In this document: positions 40,700 to 53,631 of the stretch, piece after piece | Position numbering within the stretch: position 1 is the first letter of the stretch | How the letters are laid out: each line of letters starts with the position of its first letter | Source of the DNA: Eledone cirrhosa | Lineage: Eukaryota | Length of the DNA: 64,000 nucleotides | NCBI GenBank assembly: GCA_964016885.1 | Contig: OZ024742.1 | Coordinates: 156,612,001 to 156,676,000 of the forward strand | Reading direction: 5' to 3' | Program-made: the position numbers and the translations under genes | The notes under the pieces: generated by a model | Database searches by the model: none | Seen by the model: the letters and a program-made list of their open reading frames with translations, nothing else | What the model was told of the DNA's origin: nothing

Positions 40700-41468
40700 T
40701 GAACATATAAGTATGTATATTTATACATATATACTGATGATGACAATATACACGTGATTTTGTCCGACCCTTCCTCTTTTCATTTTCCATTTTTTTTTCT
40801 ATTTTATCTTTTATTTCTCATTCTATCTTCTGATGAAAATTACTGTCGTAAACGTAACATTTTAAAATGGTACCTGCCTGTGTGTTTGGATTTCAACCTA
40901 TTCAAATTTCAAATCATCCAAACGCTTCGAAAAACTCTAAAATGTGTTTACTTCTGGCTTTGCCCGCTAAATATGTTAATATAGTTTCTAATTAGGAAAG
41001 GGAATGTTGTTAGCTGCCACTTAGCGTCTTTGTAAACGCGCTTACCTGGATTTTAAAAAATACAGTGTTCAATTCTCTTACGGTGCTGCAGGGAACTTAA
41101 TGTAAATACTGTAGTTATATATATATATGTGTGTACGTATGTGTGTGTGTGTTTATATGTGCATAGGTATGCGAATACGTATATTCAATAGATATATGTT
41201 TGAGCATATCTCTACTTAATTTTATGCCAGTTAGTGACCGGGACTCTTTCGTCATATCACTTAACTTCATCATCGCTATATATGGAAATAAATATATTGG
41301 TTGATAAATATGGATATAGAGGAGTTTAGTCGCACAACTGAAGTGAAAATGAAATAGAGATACAACTGGCAGATACGGCGTACTATTTTATATATTATAG
41401 AAATAAAAAATACACCATCTACAGAACATTCTATTTAATATAGATTTGTTGTTCGAATGTTTATGAAA

Positions 41469-41682
41469 GTTTCTGATTTAGGCACAAGGGCAACAATTTT
41501 AGGGGAAAAAAGGGAAAGTCGATTAAATCGACCCAAGTGCATTGACGGTATATTATTTTATCGATCCCATAAGGAAGAGAGTCAAAGCTAACTTCGGGGG
41601 GATTTTAACTGAAAATGTAAAGAGCCTTAACTTTATGCCGCTAAGCATGTTGTCCGACGCTCTATCGATTCCGCTAATCCAC
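41469..41682 (-). mobile_element. SINE family 1 (longer variant)
   Basis: Diverged reverse complement of the consensus. Confidence 0.8.
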
Positions 41683-41684
41683 TA

Positions 41685-41965
41685 AGAAGGACGTTAAGCA
41701 GAGCAAGAGTCCAATGGGTCGTCCTGTCCGACGCCAGTTTAAGATGGTAAGACCTTGTCTACATTGAGAAACATGCTCGATGACCTGTTTGATATATAGG
41801 ACAGGACAATGGGTAGGTGAACATGGTGTGGCTTAGGGAGTGCTCTACAAGTGGGGGTCTCGCAGCCATGTCGAGATGTTTGCTTTAACTATGGCCCTTT
41901 TCTACGGGCCGTCTCAATCGGCACCACTGTTGGGGATGCCGAGCGCATATACTGTTATTATTATT
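41685..41965 (+). mobile_element. Possible RTE-like LINE 3' fragment
   Basis: MGRPVRR ... DRT-like C-terminal residues, then a short UTR ending in (TTA)n. Confidence 0.35.
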
Positions 41966-42338
41966 GTGGTTTGACAGTATCGGTAGAGGGTCGGATGCCA
42001 TGTTTTGACGCATAGAGTTACGGCCCTGTATTGTCTGAGTTCAAATCCCACCGATGTTAACTTTGCATTTCATCCTTACGGGGTCGATAAAATACAGTAC
42101 CAGTAATTTCACTGGTCTCGTGCCAAAAGTAGAAACAGTTATTATTATAATTGAGGGAGGGGCGTCGGACAACATAGAGTTACGGCCCTTTATAATTTGA
42201 GTTTAAATCCCGCTGAGGTTAACTTTGCCTTTCATCCTTACTGGTTCCATAACATAAAGTACCAGTCACGCACTAGGTTCGATTTGATCGACTTTGCCCT
42301 CCCACAAAATTGTCCGCCTTGTGCCTATATAACAAACG
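41966..42338 (+). mobile_element. Two tandem SINE family 1 copies (41966-42138, 42155-42338)
   Basis: B box and core present in both. Confidence 0.85.
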
Positions 42339-42759
42339 TTTATTACTTTTATTAATATTATGGCTGTTGCTCCTTTTGTTGTATTGTTGTTAATATTTAT
42401 ATTAGAACACCTCTACTTATGGAACAAATCCTTACATTTACCCATAATAAAGGAGGGCAATACGGAGAATGAAACTCATACATTTTAAACCTTTTCCAGC
42501 GAGGACGACAAAAATGCGCAAATTTCAATTCGTGCCTATTCATTTTTGATATGCACATATTTATATTGATAAACGCAATACTTGCATTACATATATATGT
42601 ATATAACAATAAATATTCGTTTTGAATAAACATGATTACACATATTTATATATATATTCATTCGTCACTAAGTGAGAGAATATCTGTATGTGAATATAGA
42701 TATATCTACATATATTGATTTAAAAAATACATTTTTTAGGTCCACACACATATATAACC

Positions 42760-42821
<62 letters not shown>

Positions 42822-42825
<4 letters not shown>

Positions 42826-43371
42826 ACAAGAGGCTGGACTGTCGTAAATCCTTGCAAGGTTTATTATACTATGATCATTTCAATGACCGGGTTCAGTATG
42901 AATCCTTGACATCATCAGGTATTCAAAATATAACAAAGGAATATAACAGATGAAATCCATGAGGCTGAAAATCAGAGACAAGAGAACGACCGACTACTTA
43001 CCAGCTTCTACCTCAGCGGGCCGCCCCGACTGAGGTAGAAGCTGGTAAATAGTCGGTCGTTCTCTTGTCTCTGGTTTTTAGCCCCATGGATGTTATCTGT
43101 TCTATTCCTTTGTTATATTTTGAATACCTGATGATGCCACGGGATCCATACTGAACCCGGTCATTGAAATATTATAGTATAATAAACCATTCAAGAATTT
43201 ACACCAGTCCAGCCTCCTGTTATTTTATAATAATTAACTCCGTACTCACACCACCAACTACACAAACGAAGATGGGTGATTTGCATTACGTTGAATGCTC
43301 TCCATAATATTACATCGAGATTGACCATACGGAATGACCAGTTCTATCCAGTGGTAAACCAACAAACCTAA

Positions 43372-43372
<1 letters not shown>
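42822..43372. mobile_element. Long hairpin element (~200 bp arms, 42822-43020 / 43026-43224, tail 43225-43372) in (TA)n
   Basis: The arms are reverse complements around a loop of a few bases; each arm carries a hammerhead. Confidence 0.92.
42866..42922 (-). ncRNA. Type I hammerhead ribozyme, intact core (mirror copy on + at 43124-43180)
   Basis: ATAC-CTGATGA-TG...CGGG/CCCG...CAT-T-GAAA-TGATCA-TA-GTAT-AATAAA; palindromic stem III ATGATCAT. Confidence 0.8.
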
Positions 43373-43435
<63 letters not shown>

Positions 43436-45244
43436 ACAAGAACGCATATTCAATATAAATACATAGTTATAGATGCGCGCGTGTGTGTGTGTGTGTGTGT
43501 GTGCGCAATCATGTGTCAGTGCATTCGTTGCTGCTTTTATGCTTGAATGTGTGTATTTATGTACTTACATTTATACATCTAGCTATATTATGTGTATCTA
43601 TAAACCTCTCTTTGATAATAGACGTATGAATGTGAAATTGTTTCAGGTAGTGTTGTCTTGACGTACTTAATCATGGATAAAAGATTTATGAGCTTTTATA
43701 TTCTTTTCTTGGCAGTATTTCTCCATAATTCATCTAAATTAAATACGTACTAGGAATAGATTAAATACCTCACACCGCTTATTGCCCACTATTCTGCATT
43801 AATGCTGCTACTAATACATCGCTACAGTTTCAACTGAGATTTTTCTCTAAGTAGACAAATATGATAAAATTAATAATGTTTAATTACACATAACTCCAGT
43901 GCAATATTTTTAGAGGGTGCTTCGTATATTACATCAGATGTACATTTTCAAATATTTATCAGAACGTCAGCATTGATTTTATTTGTTCAGGTCATAAATG
44001 TATGGCCGGGGGTGAGTTATACTTAATCGAATGTGTCGTTATTTAAAACTTAACTACTGAAGCTGAAAAAAGGCTGATACTGGTGCATGGTGATCTCAGA
44101 ATTTACGGGGAATGAACTAAATTTTGAAAAGCATGGAAATATCTACTGTGCAGTTGCTGACACTTCTAGTATTGGATAAGTATTTCTTTTTTGTAACTTT
44201 ATTGAAGAGGAAAGAAGTATAGATTATCTTAAACGTTTATATTTTTAAACAATTTTTCTTTATACCGTCAGTAATGCTATTTGAATACGTGTCAAATCTA
44301 AGCAATAAATCTTTTATATATCGTGGAATGAAAATAATGTGTTTGAGTTCATATTACTATTACCTTAATTATTAGATTTCCTTACAATAAGTGAAATCAC
44401 TTGGAATCTGAGCTTTCAGGTTCTTATATCGCTCGCCCCCAAATAATATAAACACAGCGTCTTTTGATTTAATTATAATTACTATGTTATGTTTTACTAT
44501 ATGACAGAAACATCAGTTTCTATGCAACGTTTATGTACCCGCCCCCCCCCCCCCCCCCCCCCTCATCACATAAGAATACGTATGAATTTAATTAATACTT
44601 CATCTTTGTCATCGTTACAATTATATTTGCGGAAACACAACACGATTATGAAATAGCATTTTGTCATTTACATATTTACAGACCCGGAAACAAAGCAATA
44701 GACGAATATGTTTAGTAAGAGATTATATATCGGTCTAGTGCTCTCTGTCACATGAGACAATAAAAGTACTTAATATCTGATTTCGTTTTTAGATTTCTGA
44801 TGTACGTTGTGAACTTGAGGAACACACTTTATATCACGTTGCTTCCTTTCACCCAACAGGACCAAGTAAGTTGGTACGTCATGAATACCAATTTGTGTAG
44901 GACTCGGACAACATTTGAGGTGTAAAGAGGGAGGTAAGTATACATTGGCCACAGCAGGCTTTCAATAAACCACATTGAAACGCCATGTGCCTCGTTGAGG
45001 AAATTTCTAGCTACAGAAAAAATGGTAATTCGGGAACAATGGAGGTCTTTCCCATTAAACAATAGTGCATGCAGTTGATTAATTTTGCATCTAGACAAAA
45101 AAATGAAATCAATCGTATCCATCCAAGTCCTGTTTCAACGAATGTTTCCTGATACGTAATAACATAGGGTGCATGTGTATGTCTTACATTCATTGGTTTA
45201 AAATGTGTATCATGCAATTCTACAGTAATGCAATACACAGCCAT

Positions 45245-45640
45245 TTCTTCTTCTTCTTCTTCTTCTTCTTCTTCTTCTACACACACTTATTCCCGAGAAT
45301 GTCGAGGGCGCAGAATCTTCAGCTAATATTTCCAGCAGGTCTTCTCAAAAGAAACCTTTTTCCAACTGATATGGCAGGAGCCCAAGCGAGACCAGCCAAG
45401 CTCAGGGATGCTGTCCAACCATATTGCCCGGGGTCTATCCTTTCGTCTCCTGCCGGTTGGTGTTGCCTGTAAAATCTGTCCAACGATTCATTCCTGGTAC
45501 ATTCTAACCAGATGCTCATAGATTCAGAGTTGTGATTTCTCAATTCGGAGGCGGAGCAGCTCTAACAATCAAGTAACAATACTCTTAAGATTCTTCGGCG
45601 GGACCCCATTTCTGTCGCTTCCATTCCGGACCGTATCATG
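45245..45640 (-). mobile_element. RTE-clade LINE 3' fragment with (GAA)n tail
   Basis: Minus frame LLRLRIEKSQL*..EHLVRM...QILQATPTGRRRKDRPRAIWLDSI..LGWSRLG is the typical RTE C-terminus. Confidence 0.8.
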
Positions 45641-45789
45641 ATCAGCTGCTCCTGCTATCATGATCAGCTCCTGGAATTCTTGTACTTAATCCAGTCGCCT
45701 AACTTCCATCAGTCGGGAATACACCTCTGAGTTACTTAAACTTCTCCATCTGTTTCAATGCAGGCTTTCTTGAGAGGGAAAGTGTCCAT

Positions 45790-45899
45790 TCCCAGTGTGT
45801 CAGTGACGTTTGTTGGGGAAGGTAAACAGAGAAAAAAAGGCGCAGAAAACATACCGATGAAGGGGGGACAAGAGGAGAAGCACATGTATGTAAGTAACC

Positions 45900-45962
<63 letters not shown>

Positions 45963-46235
45963 GGAAAGTGATAGATAGAGAAGTCAAACCGGCAGTTGGA
46001 CATACGTCCAAGGCCTTATTGACAGCAAAATAGGGAGAGCGAAGACTTGTTTTTCTTTGCTCTCTTCCTCTCCCTCCCCCTTCGAGTTACCTACATACAT
46101 GCGCTTATCCTCGTCTTTTTTCCTTTATCGGTATGATTTCTGCGCCTTATTTCTTTTTTTCCCTTCTGTTTAATCTATTTTGTCTGTCTTTTTTATTCCG
46201 ACAACGATAACTTAAAGTTATTGAAGCACTGGGGA
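45790..46235. repeat. Diverged inverted repeat around a (GA)n tract
   Basis: aaggcgcagaaaacataccgatgaagg...catgtatgtaagtaac vs gttacctacatacatg...cctttatcggtatgatttctgcgcctt. Confidence 0.75.
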
Positions 46236-46324
46236 TAGTCTTTAATGCGTTGAATTGTCCAAGACCACCAGCAGACAACTGGAGAGGGCGACATTTCTCT
46301 TGTTTGTGCTTTCCTTTTAATTCA

Positions 46325-46380
<56 letters not shown>

Positions 46381-46522
46381 GTGGGGCATACATGAATATG
46401 TTATCAGGATTGAAGGCAATGCTGCACCATAAATAGACTTTATATATGGTGCCGCATACATAACATTTATATGTGTTGCTTTTAACTGTAGTTATGCACT
46501 TACCTAACGTATATATATATAT

Positions 46523-46763
<241 letters not shown>

Positions 46764-48009
46764 CATGCACGCACACAACTGACATAAAGAATGTAGGAAA
46801 ATATAGAGGATGTCCTTCAAAATCGACATATGCTTTTATTATACAACACAAATAGTACATACAAGATAACTTAATTCTTTGAGGCACCAGACCATTATAC
46901 TCTGTGTGGATAATTAAATAGGTCTTGCTAATTATTCATGTAGATAAATGTAGGTTTCGTAGAAACTAAATAATTATACCCATTCCCGGTGATATTATAT
47001 TCATATCTAACTTTCAGGGAAAGCTTTTCCAGTATTTTTCTTTTTTATGATTTCTTAACAGAATTATAAGTTTTAGTTCCACAATTGTCATCGGTGAAAC
47101 TAAAAGTAAAACTGTGTATATCATAGTATACGAGTAAGTATCAACCTTACACGATGGAGTATGTTTTCTTTCACTTGCCCCAAAAGAAATTGAAACCAAA
47201 TCTATACTTTAATGGCATTTGAAAACAAACCGTGTGGAACATATACCCAAACTGATATACATACCGATAATCGAATAGTCGAATAAATTCACAAATACGG
47301 GCGCGAAATTTAATGAACTGTTCACGTGAGAGCATAATTTCATTTATAACCAATCAAATTACATTTATTAAAAAATAGCCTTCGTGAGCCCCCTTTTTTA
47401 AGTAAAATAAATTCAAACACTAATATATAAAACAACAACCTCAGCCCCATACCCCTTGTTTGAAGAACTTTGTAACGCGAACTGACGTGAAATTTATTAT
47501 ACTTATTGACCAAACAATCAAATTACTTCTCTAAAACCTGGCGTTTCGGGTCACTTTTTTCCATATAAAATCAAGTAGCATTCAAAGACCAACCAGATGT
47601 GCGAAAAACCACAGACCCTCCATCTCAACACTACTTTTGAAAAGCAGAAGAACTGCGAAACCGGTAAAGGAACCAAATAAATATATATATATTTTTTAAA
47701 ATAAGACTTCAGTTGCATGTTCGATTTCAACTTTTTTTCCTTATACATTCACTCGTGTACGACACATCGGTTATTTTTCATTTTGTAAACAAAAACCTCA
47801 CTTTCTAATATATATATATATATATTAGGTATAGGATTATCCTAGATGTAGTAATGGTTAATTACTACACTGGATATGGTTGACGTACGGTGAGAGGTTA
47901 CTCTACGAGTTATGGAAGAATTATTGAAGAAACTTAGTTCCGATCATTCTGTATTCCGGAGTGTATATAAAGAATGAATAATAACAGAGCAGACTGGTTT
48001 AAACCAGTC

Positions 48010-48121
48010 TGCTCTGAGGATACACTTGTCACAGCATTGGATATTTGAGTTCTGCAAATAGTTGTAAATTTGCACATAGCATAACTAGGCTATAGTACAA
48101 TCGTGGAAACATTTGTAAGCA
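48010..48121 (+). ncRNA. Type I hammerhead with enlarged stem II domain, preceded by a perfect 32 bp palindrome
   Basis: TGCT-CTGAGGA-TACACTTGT...ACAATCGTG-GAAA-CATTTG-TA-AGCA, AATAAA at 48127; palindrome at 47985-48016. Confidence 0.7.
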
Positions 48122-48168
48122 CACGGAATAAATCACCTTTTTATGATGTCTACCTGTATTTATTCATT

Positions 48169-48283
<115 letters not shown>

Positions 48284-48388
48284 AGTGTGTGTAAATGAAG
48301 TAATTCCGTCGGAAAGGTTCAAGAAAAAAGTGTTCGGATCTAGCTGTCGAAACGACCGGAACACAAACCTCAGGCTCCTGACTCTTTT

Positions 48389-48420
<32 letters not shown>

Positions 48421-48427
<7 letters not shown>

Positions 48428-50554
48428 ATACATGGGGATGGTCATATTGTTGTAATAATATTGCCAGAATTAATAACAGAACGTACTCACTGTTTGTTTG
48501 GTTTTCGCTTCTGTATCTTTTATATCAGTTAATTCATCCGGTCCTCAATGTTAACCATTGACTGTCGAACAGTCAAACATACAGATATAATATAGATATA
48601 AACACATAAATAGGACTCCCATGGGAAGGTGGATTGTGTGGACCAAAGCCATACGGACCCCCGAAACAATGATTAGGTAAGAAAAATGGTTGCGCATGCA
48701 AAAGGGCTACGTATTCAAATTCAACCAGAAGATCTACACACAAAACGAGGGAGCAGCCATTGGCGTCAGCATAGCTGGTGACGTTGCCAACCTTTTCGTG
48801 ATATGGTGGGAAAGGAGACTAAAAAATCTCCTTGATGAGGGCTCTATAGACCTCATCATGTACTCTCGTTACGTAAGCGACATCAATAGAGTAATAAGGA
48901 CACCCCCACAAGAGCGTACTAACAAGTATGATTTAGAATGTAGCACAATAGAAAGCATCCAGCAGACAGCTAACTACATACGCCAGAGTATAACTGTAAC
49001 TATCGACTACCCTTCCAAACACCCTAACAGTAGATACCTGTATTAGACACGGAACTCTGGATTAACACTATAGACGAGAGAGCCCAAATTCTCCACTCAC
49101 ACTATGCTAAACCCATTGCCTCCAAATACCTGATACTCAAAAACTCAACAATGACCAGTAGTGCTAATTTTAATATTCTGATCTCAGACTTGGTACGAGT
49201 GATGAAGAACGTGTCCCGCATTTGCGACCCAACAGAAATGGAAAGAGACATCCAACAATTCATCAACGGCATGCAGTTCTCTGGCTACAACCAAACGGAC
49301 AGAATCAGAGTATACGAAGGAGCCATGGAGAAGTATAAGACCTTCATAGAACTGGACATGAAAGGAATTTGCCCATTATACAAGAGCAAATCATGGAATA
49401 ATTTAGATAGGACTAAACATAAGATAGGGAAAGCCACCTCATGGTACGACAACCAGAGATAACAGAGTATCATGTTCGTAGACGCTACCTCTGGAGGGAA
49501 ATTAGCTAACCAGTGTAGAAAGGCCCTGAGAAAGACACACTTGATGATTAAAGTGGTAGAAAATCCAGGAGCTACCATAAAATCCCTGATCACCAAAACA
49601 TACCATTTTAAGAAAACCTACTATACTAATAGGAAATGTATTATATGTAAAGTAAAGCCCCGCATAAACTGTAATAATAGAAACGTAGTCTATAGCATAA
49701 CATGTTCAGAGGAAACTTGCAGAAACATGACAACAACATACATAGGCGAGACAGCTCGTAGCATAGGTGAAATGATAGACCAACACTGGGGGTAACTAAA
49801 GGGACGAAACAACGTTTCAGTACTATACGAACACGCCAGACAATAACACGACGGTAACATAGACAACATAGAAATTAAAATAATATCTAAACATATAAAT
49901 GACCCAGCAGATGAGCAAAGCAGAGACGCAAGTGAAATAGAACTTAGAAGGCCACAGCTAGACAGAAAACAATGAAGGGAATAACAATAACACCCGATAA
50001 AAAATACTGACCTAAGAGAAATATAATTAAATAAATAAATAAATATATATACACAAGCACAATAACAACAAACACATATAAACACACACTCGTAACCTAA
50101 GATAAAATACAATAACCAAAACATAGTCAATCAAACGCGAACACACCAAACAAAATACACACACGCAAACGCATGCGCAGAGAAGAAGACAAACAAATAA
50201 AAGATAAATAAATAAACAGATTAAATAAAGATTACGTAAATATACAATACAACAGGAGGAACATAACAGCACCACCGACGATGTTGCAGGTGTGCAATGA
50301 AATAACTTTGCTAGACTATATATATGTGTTTATATATTTAGTATATCTGTATTTTTGACCGTTGGTCAGTCAATGGTAAACATTCAGGACCGAATGAATT
50401 AACTGATATAAAAGATAGAGGAGTGAAAACCAACCAAACAGTGAGTGTGTTCTGTTATTAATTCTGGCAATATTATCACAACAACATGACCCTCCCCAAT
50501 TATAACAATATTTGTTTCGACACACGATTTCATATCAAAAACCTCGCAAAACAA

Positions 50555-50555
<1 letters not shown>
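48421..50555 (+). mobile_element. 5'-truncated PLE (RT + GIY-YIG, degenerate, possibly Naiad-like) with ~190 bp terminal inverted repeats (48421-48608 / 50322-50510) and tail 50511-50555
   Basis: YTQNEGAAIGVSIAGDVANLFVIWW, RYVSD, MFVDATSGGKL, CNNRNVVYSITC...YIGETARS...H; arms are reverse complements; (TA)n flanks. Confidence 0.9.
50268..50312 (+). ncRNA. Degenerate hammerhead-like motif just upstream of the PLE 3' inverted-repeat arm
   Basis: CCGACGA-T-GTTGCA GGTG TGCAAT-GAAA; imperfect stem I AGCA/TGCT. Confidence 0.45.
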
Positions 50556-50586
<31 letters not shown>

Positions 50587-50849
50587 GTGGGTGGGGGTAT
50601 GTGTATGTGTGTGTGTGTGTGTATGAGTGTGTGTGTGTGTATGAGTGTGTGCATATAAGATGAATAGGATTTGGTTTACAATTGTTTGTTACAAAGTGCA
50701 GAAAAGGTCAATGCAATAATAGCATATGGAAAAATACAGAGCATAATTTGATTTAGGTGAAACTCCCAGTGTTATCTATGGTAATTAAATATATACATAT
50801 TTATAAAGTCTGAACATAATGGAATCAAATCCCCATTGCCGATGGTGAT

Positions 50850-51230
50850 GTTTAGGGAGGTGGTTCTAAAGCCAATGACACCAGAAGTCTTCATTGCTAG
50901 GCTATGTTAATATTTCGATTGCGTTCATGGGTAGGTGTTTTTTCGATCGCGCAGCCAGCATCTTATTCAATAATGTTATATTGCCCAGGCAACTCAAATG
51001 AACCGATTTGATGTTTTCATTGTCGGTGCCATTTCCCTTTTGCATTTTACCTCCAATCTACAGTTGTGCACATATGTTGCATAGGGATTAATTCATCCAT
51101 CAACCATATCTCTCTCACAGTAAGCGATACATAATGTCAGCCATTGAGACAAGCCTTTCTGACATATCGTTGTTGAGAAATTACGGCCCCTGAGTTCAAT
51201 CGTACTTCAGATGTTTTGATTTGCTAGTGA
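50850..51230 (-). mobile_element. Possible degenerate Gypsy integrase remnant
   Basis: Broken frames LNNDMSERLV ... MDELIP/YATYVHN resemble the integrase QSNG..ER...WD..LP...AYN pattern. Confidence 0.3.
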
Positions 51231-52223
51231 ATTATTTTCTAGTAGTTGCCAATAGTATTAATTTAGAATTCCATTAGCGGTATACATATCCCCCGCCTTG
51301 GTTCTATTAAGTTAGACATGGTTTGAACCAACACTAGTTATACAATATTCATAAATGTATAAATTATCTGTCCATTCGAAATCTTTTTTCTAAGTATGCA
51401 TTCGAGCTTTCTTGGATTTGTGACTTAATAATACAAACTTAATTAGATTATTGAGTGAGGAAGTAAACGACCGAAGGCATGTTGGTACAAATCGATAGCT
51501 TCATTTCATTATTATGTATAGTATTTACTTGTAATTGTAGCGGCCTTCACCAGAGGTGGGTCGAACTGGCTCAATCGAAGGAAATCACGGAGTCCAATCT
51601 GAGTGCACACCGCGCAGGTTGGTCAGAGACAATTGAATCGGTAAGGGCCAATCAATCTGATTCCAACGCGGTAGAAATACACCTAGTCCCAGGTGGAGCT
51701 CAGCATTGCTTTTCACGGTATGCAGCCATGTTTTCAGCTGGGCACCGACCATTTGCGCCATCCTTGAAGTGGTTGTAGACCAACCACCTCGTGGATGAAT
51801 AAATTCGATTATATATATATATATAAATATATGTATAACACATTATAAAATAAGAAGAAGTAATAGACACAGATATATACCTATTTTTTCTTCAAATTCC
51901 CGACTTTACAGTTTCGCTGGACAGTTTGCAACTATTGCACTTTATAGATGTGCAATATTGTTGTAAGGCACACCAGCTGTCAAGGAACTCCTCAGGGAAA
52001 GAACGCTTTCCAGACACGTTTGCAATAAGTGAGAAAATCTCACGGAATCCCTTGTAGCAAGTTAAACATTTCTCAGAAGGTTGAGGGAGAAATTAATACA
52101 TGATACAGAGGTTACAGGCGGGTTAGTCAGGTGGACTGAAAGCGATTATAGTGTTTGCTTAAGAAGCAGTTACTATACTTTCGGGTTAACTCAACTATAA
52201 GAGAGTTTCAGACAATATCATAA

Positions 52224-52412
52224 TTGTTTCTACTTTTGGCACAAGGCCAGTAATTATTCCAGTGTATTAATGGTACTTGATTTTATCGACCCCGTAAGGA
52301 TGAAAGGCAAAGATAACATCGGGGGGATTTGAACTCAGGTCATAAAGGGCCGTAACTCTTCGCTGCAAAGCATGTCGTCCGACCTTCTTCGGATACTGCC
52401 AATACACCGCCC
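52224..52412 (-). mobile_element. SINE family 1
   Basis: Reverse complement of the consensus. Confidence 0.88.
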
Positions 52413-52489
52413 TTTAAAACAATATAATGAGAGACATACATACATACGTATATATATATATATATATATATAGGAACGAGTAGGAGATT

Positions 52490-53018
52490 TATCATAATGC
52501 TCAGTGTGTTTGAAAACAAATATCCCGAATTAAGCCGTACAGTGTCTAGCAACCATCGTTGCTCATTTGTTCAACACTGACAAAGGAACGATGTACTAGT
52601 TTCAAGCTTATTAGCTATCGTCAGCACCGTATACCTTCCTGCCAGATGATTGAACGTCGGAAAGTATATACTTTCCTTATGAATATTGAAGCTAGTACAT
52701 CGTTCCTTTATCAGTGTTGAATAAATGAGCAACGATGGTTGCTAGACACTACTGCTTAATTCGGGATGTTTGTTTAGAAACACACAGAGCATTATAATAA
52801 AAGTTCGGTGAATCCATACGTACATATATAATCTCTATACGTACATATATATATATATGTGTGCATGTATGTGTATATATATACATACTACTGTACGTCT
52901 GTATACATATATGTATGTACGTATACATACTTATATTTAAGTAACAGCCGTACTAAGAGTGGGAAATGAAATTTCGTTTCATTTTTTTCCGTTTCTCGTT
53001 TTCGGTACGCCCGGCCGA
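52490..53018. mobile_element. Fold-back element, family C (arms ~52490-52606 / 52687-52800) plus segment B (52845-53018)
   Basis: Arms are reverse complements; both segments recur at 56755-57170. Confidence 0.88.
52588..52630 (-). ncRNA. Minimal type I hammerhead ribozyme, intact core
   Basis: ACGGTG-CTGACGA-T-AGCT AATA AGCT-T-GAAA-CTAG-TA-CATCGT; palindromic stem III ACTAGT, GUA triplet, 6 bp stem I with one G-U pair. Confidence 0.85.
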
Positions 53019-53019
53019 T

Positions 53020-53612
53020 ATGCAAATTATTTATACATGATTAGAGTGCGTCAGAATGATACGCACTCTAATCATGTATAAATAAGACACGCGTGCATGC
53101 TACGCGTGAGATTGTTTCATACACTGACTACTCTAAACTTTCCTCTTGCTTTATCTTCATAGACTGCCAACGCTTCATGTTTATCTTTATTTTCATTTTT
53201 GTTTTTATTTTTATTTTTATCCTGTAACCTTTATATGTAAATTGCCCTGCTATATCAATTGATGAATGCCACCCCACTGTTGATCAATATGCGCATATGT
53301 TTTATATGTCTCTTGGGTTGAAAAGGAGGTCAAGTATGTTATAGATCAGTAAATAGTTGCTCCGAAGAATCCAAACCTCGGTTTGGAGGAAACAATTGTA
53401 AGCAAATAAATGACTTAAACTGAACTTTGATTATTGTAATCTCTATATAACTGCTCTGTAAAACAACTGATGTTATTACATTGAGCTATTTATCTTACTG
53501 GTAATAGGATAGTAATTAATGACTATCTTTCAATATTTAAAGTTTGTATAAATAATATATTACCATTAAAGGTTTTATTACATACATAACCATAAATAGT
53601 ATCCTTAATACT
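53020..53612 (+). mobile_element. Repeat family A copy 2, with a short 5' inverted duplication and hammerhead-like motif at 53357-53405
   Basis: Homology to 2276-3140; ttatttatacatgattagagtgcgt...acgcactctaatcatgtataaataa hairpin at the start. Confidence 0.88.
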
Positions 53613-53631
53613 ATATATATATATATATATA

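Noticed and set aside
40730-40865. CTGATGA motifs at ~40734 and ~40830 as hammerheads
   Set aside because: No convincing GAAA with closing stems I and II.
42822-43224. A-to-I editing signature fixed between hairpin arms
   Set aside because: Mismatches read by eye are of mixed types; a formal count would be needed.
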